From NCBI GenBank assembly GCA_002382665.1, contig DFZA01000006.1, positions 66,950 through 130,949 of the forward strand: a DNA stretch of 64,000 nt. The letters run 5' to 3'. The notes under the pieces are model-generated. The model was given only the letters and a program-made list of their open reading frames with translations, made no database searches and was not told the origin of the DNA. Position numbers and translations under genes: made by a program. This stretch comes from Peptococcaceae bacterium UBA4068. Lineage in GTDB: Bacteria; Bacillota; Dehalobacteriia; UBA4068. Shown here piece by piece: positions 51,357 through 59,612 of the stretch. How positions within the stretch are numbered: the stretch's first letter is position 1; every line of letters starts with the position of its first letter.

Positions 51357-52064
51357 TTATGTAATACGTAGTAATATCGTAGCTGCCGCGCCATTCTCTA
51401 AGGCAGCGGAAGTGGTGCTACGGGTAACTTTTACAGATAACAAATCACATCGATTAACAGTAAAATTTGCACTTGTAAATGCACAACAAGTTGGCGGATT
51501 TGGCCCTGTTACCACTGCTTTAATGCCTGTTGCTACAGGAGTAACCCCACAATTTGTGCTTCGATATATCTCACCAGTGATGGTTTCGCCTGTATCTAAA
51601 GGTTCGTCTCGAATACTAAAGACTAAACCTGTAATGGTTGAGGTTTGCGGGACGACAACAGTATTGCGCGGAAAACTTGATGACGAAATACCTAGTCCCA
51701 TAAAATCATTATTGCCAATAGATGTATCCGAACCTAAATAAATAGTACTTGCTCCAGGTCCCGTTGCGCCCGTTGCCCCAGTAGCACCTGTAGCGCCCGT
51801 TGCTCCTGTTGCGCCGGTAGGTATGGTTATACAGATACACTCGCAGCATTCACAACATTTCGGACAGCGACAAGGTTCAGTTTCACAGCATGAGTGGTCT
51901 TTATGACAATGACGATTGTTATCTTCACGACAATGGCAATCTTCATCTTCACAACAGAAAAACTCTAAACAATGTTGACAAAAACATAATTTAATATTTC
52001 GGTGTTTTTTTTCTATTTGATGATCCTGAAAATAGTCAGTCTCACCAAAGGTCCTTTTAGGCAT
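51357..52064 (-). CDS. Collagen-like (GAT)n repeat protein with Cys/His-rich N-terminal domain and BclA-C-terminal-like domain (putative spore-surface glycoprotein)
   Basis: 19 Cys in residues 27-79. (GAT)6-GPGAS triple-helix-type repeat encoded by a perfect 9-bp DNA repeat. About 125-aa β-rich C-terminal domain. Confidence 0.6.
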   Translation of the reverse strand: MPKRTFGETDYFQDHQIEKKHRNIKLCFCQHCLEFFCCEDEDCHCREDNNRHCHKDHSCCETEPCRCPKCCECCECICITIPTGATGATGATGATGATGATGPGASTIYLGSDTSIGNNDFMGLGISSSSFPRNTVVVPQTSTITGLVFSIRDEPLDTGETITGEIYRSTNCGVTPVATGIKAVVTGPNPPTCCAFTSANFTVNRCDLLSVKVTRSTTSAALENGAAATILLRIT

Positions 52065-52473
52065 TTTTCAATCCTCCCTACATAGTGTTATAGCCTGACT
52101 AACCTATAACATTATATGAGGAGTATAATAGCATAGTTCCATTACCAAGCCCTTAATTAATTGCTTATAAAGAGAGAGCCGATTATTGATTCAATAATTG
52201 GGGCGTGTTCTGTTTTATGTGTTTTAATGCCCTAGTGGTTATAATAAAAGCAAGGAATGCCCTCAAGGCTCGGATATTTCGGGTTTGAGGGCATTTTTAT
52301 TTAAGTAACTAATTGACTTTGTGTACTGTAGCGGAAGAAAATATAAAATTGCGCAGAATTACGATGTGTCCGTTCAATACTTTTTCCCACTGGTTTGTTG
52401 TCGAATTATCCCGCTTATTCTATCAGCAGCAAATGCGATTATACGGTATTCCGCACCTCCCCTTCTCAACTAT

Positions 52474-52507
52474 AAAACCCTCTGTATGGTATACAGAGGG
52501 TTTTATA
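52474..52507. terminator. Perfect palindromic terminator (aaaaccctctgtat-gg-atacagagggtttt) 3' of the GGDEF/HD-GYP gene
   Basis: 14-bp perfect stem, 2-nt loop, U-runs on both strands. Confidence 0.75.
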
Positions 52508-52559
52508 GTTGATTTTACTTCTACGTTTACTAAATACAATCTATTGTTTATGATTTACA

Positions 52560-54245
52560 TCAAACAACTTTTGAATTTTTTCCTAAATTATTTGGATTTT
52601 GTAATAGATTTATAAAAGTATCCACTATTTTAGGATCAAATTGGGAGTTACTGCAGCGTTTAAGTTCTTCAATGGCTTCTCCAAATGATCTTCCTGTCTT
52701 ATATGGTCTATCCGTTGTCATGGCATCAAAACAATCTACTACAGTTAATATTCTGGCAAGATAAGGTATATCATCTCCCGAAAGACCATCGGGATAGCCG
52801 TTACCGTCATATCTCTCGTGATGATGTTTAATAAGGGGTATAACATCACTAATAGATTCTACAGGCCCGATTATTTCAGCACCTTTTACCGGATGCTGTT
52901 TTAGTATTTCCCATTCCTCCGACTCCAGAGTAATATCTTTATTAAGTATTGTCTTAGGAATATCAATTTTGCCAATATCGTGCAGATATGCGGCATATAT
53001 AAGCTTTTTCTTTTCGTCCTCAGCCAAATTTAACTCTTCGGCCATCATTTGACAATTCATAACTACTCTTTCCGTATGAGCGTATGTATATCTGTCTTTC
53101 ACATTAATAACCATTATCAAGGTTTTTATTGATGTGATCAATTTCGTATCTTCATCTTCAACATTGCTTTTTAGTTCGTCAAAAATAGATGTATAGGTTT
53201 CTACCCGATTTCTGTTAAAGATTTTGGCTCTATATAAAGCATCGTCGGCATTCTTTACCAACTGATCTGCAGATTTTACTCTTTCAGGAAATGACGAGAC
53301 CCCGATTGATATAGTTAGGTTACCATTGGGCTGCAGTTGCTGATTTTCAAAGTAGGTTTGTTCGATCTTTTGCCGGATTCGTTCTCCGATTTTTACCGCG
53401 TAATCTTCGCCCGTTTCCGGCAGTATGATAACAAACTCCTCCCCGCCATATCGCACAGCCACATCATCTTTTCTGGTTTGCTCTTTCAAAATATCGGCTA
53501 TAGTCTTTAATACTTGATCTCCTTTTTGGTGTCCGTTAAGATCATTATAATTCTTAAAATAATCAATATCTAAAAAAATCAAGGATAGGGGTTGCTTGTT
53601 TTCTACAGCCTGTTCAGTTTTTAATTTTAACATTTTACTGAAATATCTATGATTGTATAAACCGGTAAGATTATCAGTATTGATACCGTATTCCAGTTGC
53701 TCTATATATTGATCATTTACCTTAACAAAGTATCCCAGCGTCCAGGAAACCAAGAAAAATATCCCTATCAGGACCAAATCGTCTTCAAAATAAGGATTTA
53801 TACTTTGATGGGTATAAGTCAATATGTCCAAGGATACTATAACAACAGATGAAGCTAGAGATATCAGTAATCCATTCCTCATGCCCATCTGAATGGTAGA
53901 AGATATAATAACAAGCAAAAACAGAAATTTATATATACTTTCGGCCGCTCCGGAAATATAAATTACAAAAGTGAAAAGTAAAACAAAAAATAGATTTTCC
54001 CCCAGCAAGAACCATCTGTTTTTAACAAACTTTGCACTTTTATTTTCCCATAGATCCCAGAGGAAATAAGTGCAAAGCAGAACAATACACCCAACAGCCC
54101 CTGTAATTAATAGAGTGGTTTGGTAGGGATCATTTTCGGTGTTAATAATTTTATACTTATAAATAATAAAACCAGCAAAGAGTAAAAAACATAATTTTAT
54201 AATAGAAAGTATATTGTTTATCTCTTTTTTATTATCATTATCCAT
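52560..54245 (-). CDS. Membrane-anchored bifunctional c-di-GMP protein: N-terminal about 6-TM sensor-like domain, then GGDEF, then HD-GYP
   Basis: RYGGEEF (intact GGEEF). HD...HHERYDGNGYP (intact HD-GYP). About 175-aa N-terminal polytopic region. Confidence 0.8.
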   Translation of the reverse strand: MDNDNKKEINNILSIIKLCFLLFAGFIIYKYKIINTENDPYQTTLLITGAVGCIVLLCTYFLWDLWENKSAKFVKNRWFLLGENLFFVLLFTFVIYISGAAESIYKFLFLLVIISSTIQMGMRNGLLISLASSVVIVSLDILTYTHQSINPYFEDDLVLIGIFFLVSWTLGYFVKVNDQYIEQLEYGINTDNLTGLYNHRYFSKMLKLKTEQAVENKQPLSLIFLDIDYFKNYNDLNGHQKGDQVLKTIADILKEQTRKDDVAVRYGGEEFVIILPETGEDYAVKIGERIRQKIEQTYFENQQLQPNGNLTISIGVSSFPERVKSADQLVKNADDALYRAKIFNRNRVETYTSIFDELKSNVEDEDTKLITSIKTLIMVINVKDRYTYAHTERVVMNCQMMAEELNLAEDEKKKLIYAAYLHDIGKIDIPKTILNKDITLESEEWEILKQHPVKGAEIIGPVESISDVIPLIKHHHERYDGNGYPDGLSGDDIPYLARILTVVDCFDAMTTDRPYKTGRSFGEAIEELKRCSNSQFDPKIVDTFINLLQNPNNLGKNSKVV

Positions 54246-54326
54246 ATAGTTTATTAAACTCCGTAACCTGCCTACTATATAAGACCGGCCAATTTGGTCG
54301 GTCTTATATAGTATTTTTTTGTTATT

Positions 54327-54449
54327 TTAGTCTCTAAGGCATTTGGGTTCTTCCGGTTGATAGGCTGCAAACAGGCATGCTGAACTAGCAAATACGGAAG
54401 CGAGCAGTGTTGCTAAAACAGAAGTGAGTACCAACAGTTTGAATTTCAT
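54327..54449 (-). CDS. agrD: AgrD-like autoinducing-peptide precursor (40 aa; not in supplied ORF track)
   Basis: Hand translation gives MKFKLLVLTSVLATLLASVFASSACLFAAYQPEEPKCLRD. AGGAGG SD 8 nt upstream. Sits 26 nt downstream of agrB. Amphipathic leader, central Cys, and a charged tail with P-x-x-P-K, as in S. aureus AgrD ...CDFIMDEVEVPKEL. Confidence 0.6.
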   Translation of the reverse strand: MKFKLLVLTSVLATLLASVFASSACLFAAYQPEEPKCLRD

Positions 54450-54475
54450 TTGATTCACCTCCTTCTAACTTAAAT

Positions 54476-55108
54476 TTAATTATGGAGATCCATCATTGCG
54501 AATAAGCGACCTCCTGAGTGCGTTAAAGTTAGGGTCTGCCAGACCGTGCCAAAGAGTATACAAGCGGCATAGCGGATCAAATGTCCGTTATCTCCGGCAA
54601 AACTATGCAAAGATAGCAAGACGACTATGACCAATAGATATATTCCTAAAATTACCAAAGAGCCGTTCCGCAACCGTTTTCTTTTTCGTGCATTTGTGAT
54701 CGGTTTTTTAATACTGTCCACCGGGGCTTTGGTCAGTACTTCGTAAAACGCCCAGGCGAATGCTGCAATCCCCAAAATGATAACCCATATAACGTTTACG
54801 GGAATATGAGTGATAACAATAGCCGGAACAACAGAGATCACGGTACCTATAACAAGACACTTTCCGGGGGTAGCGGCATGAGCCCCGCCGGAATACTTCC
54901 GCAAAATAGCGATAGTAAAACAGATAACCAATGCTTGTCCAAGCACATGGAATAATAAACTAAAAAGGATAACCAGCAGTATAGATGCTAATATCTGGGA
55001 AAAACAAAAGATACCGTAGGCCATTACTGCTTTTTTATCCTCATCCATATGTAGCGAATAGGCAATATTGGCAGCAATCTTTTCCGCAATCGTCTCCAAA
55101 CTAAACAT
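54476..55108 (-). CDS. agrB: Accessory gene regulator protein B (AgrD-processing membrane peptidase)
   Basis: LRKYSGGAHAAT (AgrB R-x-x-SGG-HA catalytic region). Polytopic. K/R-rich cytoplasmic loop. 210 aa. Confidence 0.8.
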   Translation of the reverse strand: MFSLETIAEKIAANIAYSLHMDEDKKAVMAYGIFCFSQILASILLVILFSLLFHVLGQALVICFTIAILRKYSGGAHAATPGKCLVIGTVISVVPAIVITHIPVNVIWVIILGIAAFAWAFYEVLTKAPVDSIKKPITNARKRKRLRNGSLVILGIYLLVIVVLLSLHSFAGDNGHLIRYAACILFGTVWQTLTLTHSGGRLFAMMDLHN

Positions 55109-55571
55109 TTTTTTCTCTTTTCCTGATTACCAGCAAATAATATAAGAAAATTGTTATTATTGCTAAAGAGATCAAAGAGGGCAAGCTATATAGAGTTTTG
55201 ACATAAACATCCGTATACATCTTTGTTAAATCTAGATGAAGTATGTACTGTATAAATAACATGTTAATCAATTCACAAACGTATAACAATATTAAAGTAA
55301 TAATGCTGGAGCGGATACTGACCGTCAAATTGATCTTATTGATAAAATAAGAAATCCCAATAAGAACAATAACATTAATGATGGTGTGGATACCGTAACT
55401 GATTGGCAGCTCTCTTATAGCAAAAACTAAAACCGCATATAATAGGCTTGATAATATATATCTTTTTACGTCTACTTTTTGTTTGGAAAGAGCATATACC
55501 AAAAGTAAAGTAAAAAATTCTTCCGGTATTACACGAGCGAAAAATTCAAACCAAGTAAGATGAAGCAACAA
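55101..55571 (-). CDS. Small polytopic membrane protein, translationally coupled to agrB
   Basis: 156 aa, 4-5 TM. Its stop overlaps the agrB start by 8 nt. Confidence 0.4.
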   Translation of the reverse strand: MLLHLTWFEFFARVIPEEFFTLLLVYALSKQKVDVKRYILSSLLYAVLVFAIRELPISYGIHTIINVIVLIGISYFINKINLTVSIRSSIITLILLYVCELINMLFIQYILHLDLTKMYTDVYVKTLYSLPSLISLAIITIFLYYLLVIRKREKNV

Positions 55572-55581
55572 AATTCCTCCT

Positions 55582-56130
55582 TTATGCCATTTTTTGATCC
55601 TGATTTAGGTATTTTACGGTATTATAAATTATAATAATCACAAATAACCTGATAAAGATATCGCCGATACTAAGAACCGAATAACCAATATCAAAAATAT
55701 CTGTCAAAAAAGGCAGATGAGTCGATGCATTGCCCCAAATATGTAATGTATCATTGGCGGGAAATGGTTGATTAAGCACATAACCGGTCATTAATGTATT
55801 AGACGGAAACACAGGCATTTTGCCTCCGTTTGCCCAAATTGCGATTTGATTACAAATACTGCCAACAACGATGCAGGCTACTGCAAATAACGAGCTTTTA
55901 TAAAGCTTGCACTTAATAATTAATAAAAGATAGGAAGATAAATATACAGCCTTTAAGATTTGCACATATTTTATCAGGCTATAATCATGCATAAAAAAGT
56001 TAATTTGAAATACCAGATAAATAATTTCAAAACCAAGTATTACATAAAATTGCCATATGGTAAAAATTTTTTTTATTTGATAACCTTTTAATTTAGCAAT
56101 AATCAATGCTAAAACAATCGATTCAGGCAT
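55582..56130 (-). CDS. Conserved polytopic membrane protein (ANGGKMPV / SIGDI motifs), first gene of the agr-like operon
   Basis: 182 aa, 5-6 TM. Motifs IWANGGKMPVFP and DIGYSVLSIGDIF. Function unknown. Confidence 0.4.
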   Translation of the reverse strand: MPESIVLALIIAKLKGYQIKKIFTIWQFYVILGFEIIYLVFQINFFMHDYSLIKYVQILKAVYLSSYLLLIIKCKLYKSSLFAVACIVVGSICNQIAIWANGGKMPVFPSNTLMTGYVLNQPFPANDTLHIWGNASTHLPFLTDIFDIGYSVLSIGDIFIRLFVIIIIYNTVKYLNQDQKMA

Positions 56131-56142
56131 ACATTTTATTTT

Positions 56143-56174
56143 CCTATTTTCCTATTTTCCTATTTTCCTATTTT
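56143..56174. repeat. Tandem octamer (CCTATTTT) x4 with degenerate copies on both sides (56135-56190)
   Basis: Four perfect copies read directly. On the coding (-) strand they read AGGAAAAT x4-5, ending 12 nt before the ATG of the 55582..56130 gene. Confidence 0.9.
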
Positions 56175-56486
56175 CCATAATTTTCCATTTAAATACATTA
56201 TATCATGTTTATAGTTGAAATAAATACTTTCAGGGATAAAAATTGTAGAAATCTAATAAATTATAAATTTAAATTTCTAAATAAGTCTTAATATTACAAT
56301 TCATTCTTATCAGCAGTATGTTTAAGTTAATAATTAATTAGAGAATACGCCAACATTTGCCCTCAATGGCCGGAAATTCAGGCTTCGAGTGCTGCTTGAC
56401 ATTATGTGCCGTGATATGAGATACAAAATAAAATGATATAGACAAAATTATTAGTTTTAACTGCCGCATATATTGTTAGTGGGTAG

Positions 56487-57908
56487 GTGGTTTTTATGTT
56501 TACTCATGTTGTCAAAGCGGGCGAAACGCTAACGCAAATAGCAACCTTTTATCATGTACCGATGACGCCGATCATCACTGCCAACGGGCTGGTTGACCCC
56601 GATGTGCTGGTCGTCGGAGAAGCGCTGGTCATCCCCACCGAAGACGTCATCTATATCGTCAAGCCTGGCGATACATTGACCAAAATCGCGCAAAATTACG
56701 GCGTGTCCGTCCAGTACATATTGCAAAACAACAGCATTGCCAATCCTAACAACATTTATCCCGGCCAGGCAATCTATATCCCAGCGAAACAACATCGCGT
56801 AGTACGGGGAGATACGCTGTGGGCGATTTCGCGGCGCTACAGGGTTACACTTCAGAGCCTGATACAAGTAAATAACATTACCAATCCGAACATTATCAGC
56901 CCGGGCACAGTGCTTGTTATCCCGCATAAAAACAGACCGGAAAAAAGCGTCAATGGGTATATTTATTTTCTCGGACAGTCTGCCGTGCCGATCGTCAGCG
57001 AGAATGGCGGATATCTGACCTATCTCAGTCCGTTTGCCTACATGATCAAGGAGGATGCGAGCCTGCAGCCAATCGACGACGTACCCGCTATTCAAACCGC
57101 CCAGGCCGAAGGAGCCATCCCGATGATGTCCATTACTAATTTTACCGTGGGCTTCAGAGGCGAGAATCTGGCTTCGGTCGTATTAAACAGTCCTGCGCTG
57201 ATCGATCAGCTTCTGACGAACATTATTAGCATCATGCAGCAAAAAGGATATAGGGGTTTAAATGTTGACTTTGAGAATGTGCTGCCAAAAGATCGCGAGG
57301 CTTATAACAGTTTTTTGCACCAAGCCGCCACACGGATGCACGCCAACGGCTATTTTTTGTCCACCGCCCTTGCACCAAAGACCGGTCCGACGCAGGCTGG
57401 ACTCTTGTACGAAGCGCATGATTATCCGGCACACGGCAGGATTGCCGATTTTGTGATTTTGATGACCTATGAATGGGGTTTCCGCAAAGGCCCGCCGCAG
57501 GCAATTTCACCGCTCGACAAAATTCGGGAAGTACTTGATTACGCCGTTACGGTCATCCCGAGAAATAAAATCTATTTTGGTTTTCAGATTTATGCGCGTG
57601 ACTGGACCATCCCCTTTTATCAAGGAGAGGAAGCCACGACGATTAGCCCTCAGGAGGCTGTGACGCGGGCTGCTAGGTTTGGCGCGGTGATTCAGTACGA
57701 CTACATCGCAGAGGCTCCCTTTTTTGTGTACACAGATGATACAGGACAGGCGCACGAAGTGTGGTTTGAAGATGCGCGCAGCGCACAGGCCAAGTTAAAC
57801 ACCATTAGGGATTATAATTTGGGTGGCATCAGTTACTGGGCGCTGGGTTATCCTTTCCCGCAAAACTGGGTTCTCCTCGAAGATAATTTCATGGTAAGGA
57901 AATTATAA
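56487..57908 (+). CDS. Spore cortex-fragment-lytic enzyme-like protein: 3 LysM domains + GH18 (YaaH/SleL-like)
   Basis: Three LysM repeats (VKAGETLTQIA.., VKPGDTLTKIA.., VRGDTLWAIS..) followed by a GH18 TIM-barrel with the DFE catalytic-type motif. An alternative ATG start exists at 56496. Confidence 0.75.
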   Translation: MVFMFTHVVKAGETLTQIATFYHVPMTPIITANGLVDPDVLVVGEALVIPTEDVIYIVKPGDTLTKIAQNYGVSVQYILQNNSIANPNNIYPGQAIYIPAKQHRVVRGDTLWAISRRYRVTLQSLIQVNNITNPNIISPGTVLVIPHKNRPEKSVNGYIYFLGQSAVPIVSENGGYLTYLSPFAYMIKEDASLQPIDDVPAIQTAQAEGAIPMMSITNFTVGFRGENLASVVLNSPALIDQLLTNIISIMQQKGYRGLNVDFENVLPKDREAYNSFLHQAATRMHANGYFLSTALAPKTGPTQAGLLYEAHDYPAHGRIADFVILMTYEWGFRKGPPQAISPLDKIREVLDYAVTVIPRNKIYFGFQIYARDWTIPFYQGEEATTISPQEAVTRAARFGAVIQYDYIAEAPFFVYTDDTGQAHEVWFEDARSAQAKLNTIRDYNLGGISYWALGYPFPQNWVLLEDNFMVRKL

Positions 57909-58068
57909 TAACCGCCATATTTTTAGAGCCGGGATCATTAGATTCCGGCTCTTTTTATAACTATACAATATTTCCTCCGTCGTAAAATTAATTTAACTTT
58001 GTGAAATTAGGCTATAATGATATAATCATCTTGTAAACAATCCTTCGATATACGAAAGGAATGCAATT

Positions 58069-59481
58069 ATGAGGAAAACAAAGATTGTCTGCACAATCGG
58101 CCCTGCCAGCAAAAGCGAGGAAATGCTGGAGAAACTATGTCTTGCAGGTATGAATGTTGCCAGACTAAACTTCTCACATGGCACCCATGAAGAACATAAA
58201 GCGGTAATCAACTCTATAAAAAGTGTTCGCCAAAAGCTTGGTCTACCCATTGCGATACTGCTCGATACCAAAGGCCCGGAATACAGAATAAAAACCTTTA
58301 AAAACGGCAAAATCACACTTGGCGAAGGCGATACCTTTACTTTTACCTCGGATGATATCGAAGGCAATGAAAATAAGGTTTCTGTCAACTATCAGACGCT
58401 GGCACAGGAACTTTCGGCTGGCGATACGATTTTACTTAATAACGGGCTGATGGCTTTTCACGTCGATGCCATAAAAGGCAATGACATTAGCTGTTTAGTA
58501 ACTGTCGGCGGTGAACTTTCCGATCATAAAAGCATGAGTTTTCCCGACAAAGTACTAAATCAAACTTACTTAAGCGAACAAGACAAGCAAGATTTGCTTT
58601 TCGGCATAGAAAACGAAGTTGACTATATCGCCTGCTCATTTGTATCTACGAAACAAGACCTGGTGGACGTAAGGGAATTTATTAAAGCCAACGGCGGTGA
58701 GGATATAGATATTATTGCCAAAATCGAAAACCGTGCAGGCATTAATAATATTCGTGAAATATTATCGGAATGCGACGGCATAATGATCGGTCGCGGCGAC
58801 ATGGGCGTCGAAATACCCTTTGAGGAACTGCCGCCTATTCAGAAAATGCTGATAACTGAATGCCATCTCTTGGGCAAGCGCGTTATTACGGCAACCGAGA
58901 TGCTTGAATCGATGATAACAAATGTGCGTCCTACCAGAGCTGAAATATCTGATGTAGCAAACGCAGTATACGACGGCACAAGCGCTGTAATGCTTTCCGG
59001 CGAAACAGCCGTAGGCAAATACCCCGTGCTGGCAGTCTCCACAATGTCAAAGATAGCCGAGTATACCGAGAGTGTAATTCATTACGAACATCGTTTCAAA
59101 AAATTCGAGTTCCATATTAAAAACACAGCGGACGCCATATCGCATGCTACTTGCGGAATGGCAATAGATATCGGCGCTAAAGCGATCGTTGTCTGCACAA
59201 TCTCCGGAATGACGGCGAGAATGATTTCACGCTTCCGCCCCCCTGTGAATATCGTGGGCATGACCACCAGCGAGAAATCCTGGCGCAAACTGGCGCTTTC
59301 ATGGGGAGTTATCCCGGCCATAAGCGAACCTTTCCCCTCAACCGAAGTCATGTTCTATTACGCGCAAAAAGTCGCTAAAGAGAAGCTGGGGCTCTGTCAA
59401 GGTGACAAAATCGTTATAACGGGAGGCATAATTAACGGTCAAAGCGGTAATACCAACTTAGTCAAAGTAGAAACTATCTGA
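58069..59481 (+). CDS. pyk: Pyruvate kinase
   Basis: 470 aa. MRKTKIVCTIGPAS N-terminus, and the MIARGDLG-equivalent motif MIGRGDMGVEIP. Confidence 0.9.
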   Translation: MRKTKIVCTIGPASKSEEMLEKLCLAGMNVARLNFSHGTHEEHKAVINSIKSVRQKLGLPIAILLDTKGPEYRIKTFKNGKITLGEGDTFTFTSDDIEGNENKVSVNYQTLAQELSAGDTILLNNGLMAFHVDAIKGNDISCLVTVGGELSDHKSMSFPDKVLNQTYLSEQDKQDLLFGIENEVDYIACSFVSTKQDLVDVREFIKANGGEDIDIIAKIENRAGINNIREILSECDGIMIGRGDMGVEIPFEELPPIQKMLITECHLLGKRVITATEMLESMITNVRPTRAEISDVANAVYDGTSAVMLSGETAVGKYPVLAVSTMSKIAEYTESVIHYEHRFKKFEFHIKNTADAISHATCGMAIDIGAKAIVVCTISGMTARMISRFRPPVNIVGMTTSEKSWRKLALSWGVIPAISEPFPSTEVMFYYAQKVAKEKLGLCQGDKIVITGGIINGQSGNTNLVKVETI

Positions 59482-59612
59482 AACTATATTAAACCAAGAT
59501 GCTGACAAAGCTCCGGTTAAAAAAAACCGGAGCCTTATTTTAATTTAATAACGAACAAAATTATTTGCAATGAATATTATATTATAAATGTTTTTTTAGG
59601 GGAGGCTGGGAT

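Noticed and set aside
51357-52064. Cys-rich protein plus SunS-like GT as a glycocin (S-glycosylated bacteriocin) pair
   Set aside because: The protein is 235 aa. It has collagen-like GAT repeats and a BclA-type C-terminal domain, with no leader peptide or double-Gly site. No ABC exporter or immunity genes adjacent. A spore-surface glycoprotein is more consistent.
52313-52615. Two overlapping small plus-strand ORFs (100 aa and 63 aa) downstream of the collagen-like gene
   Set aside because: They span the palindromic terminator of the GGDEF gene and an AT-rich spacer. No RBS. Likely non-coding.
56135-56190. Possible CRISPR-like array
   Set aside because: Units are only 8 bp with no spacers. 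It is a simple tandem microsatellite, not a CRISPR.
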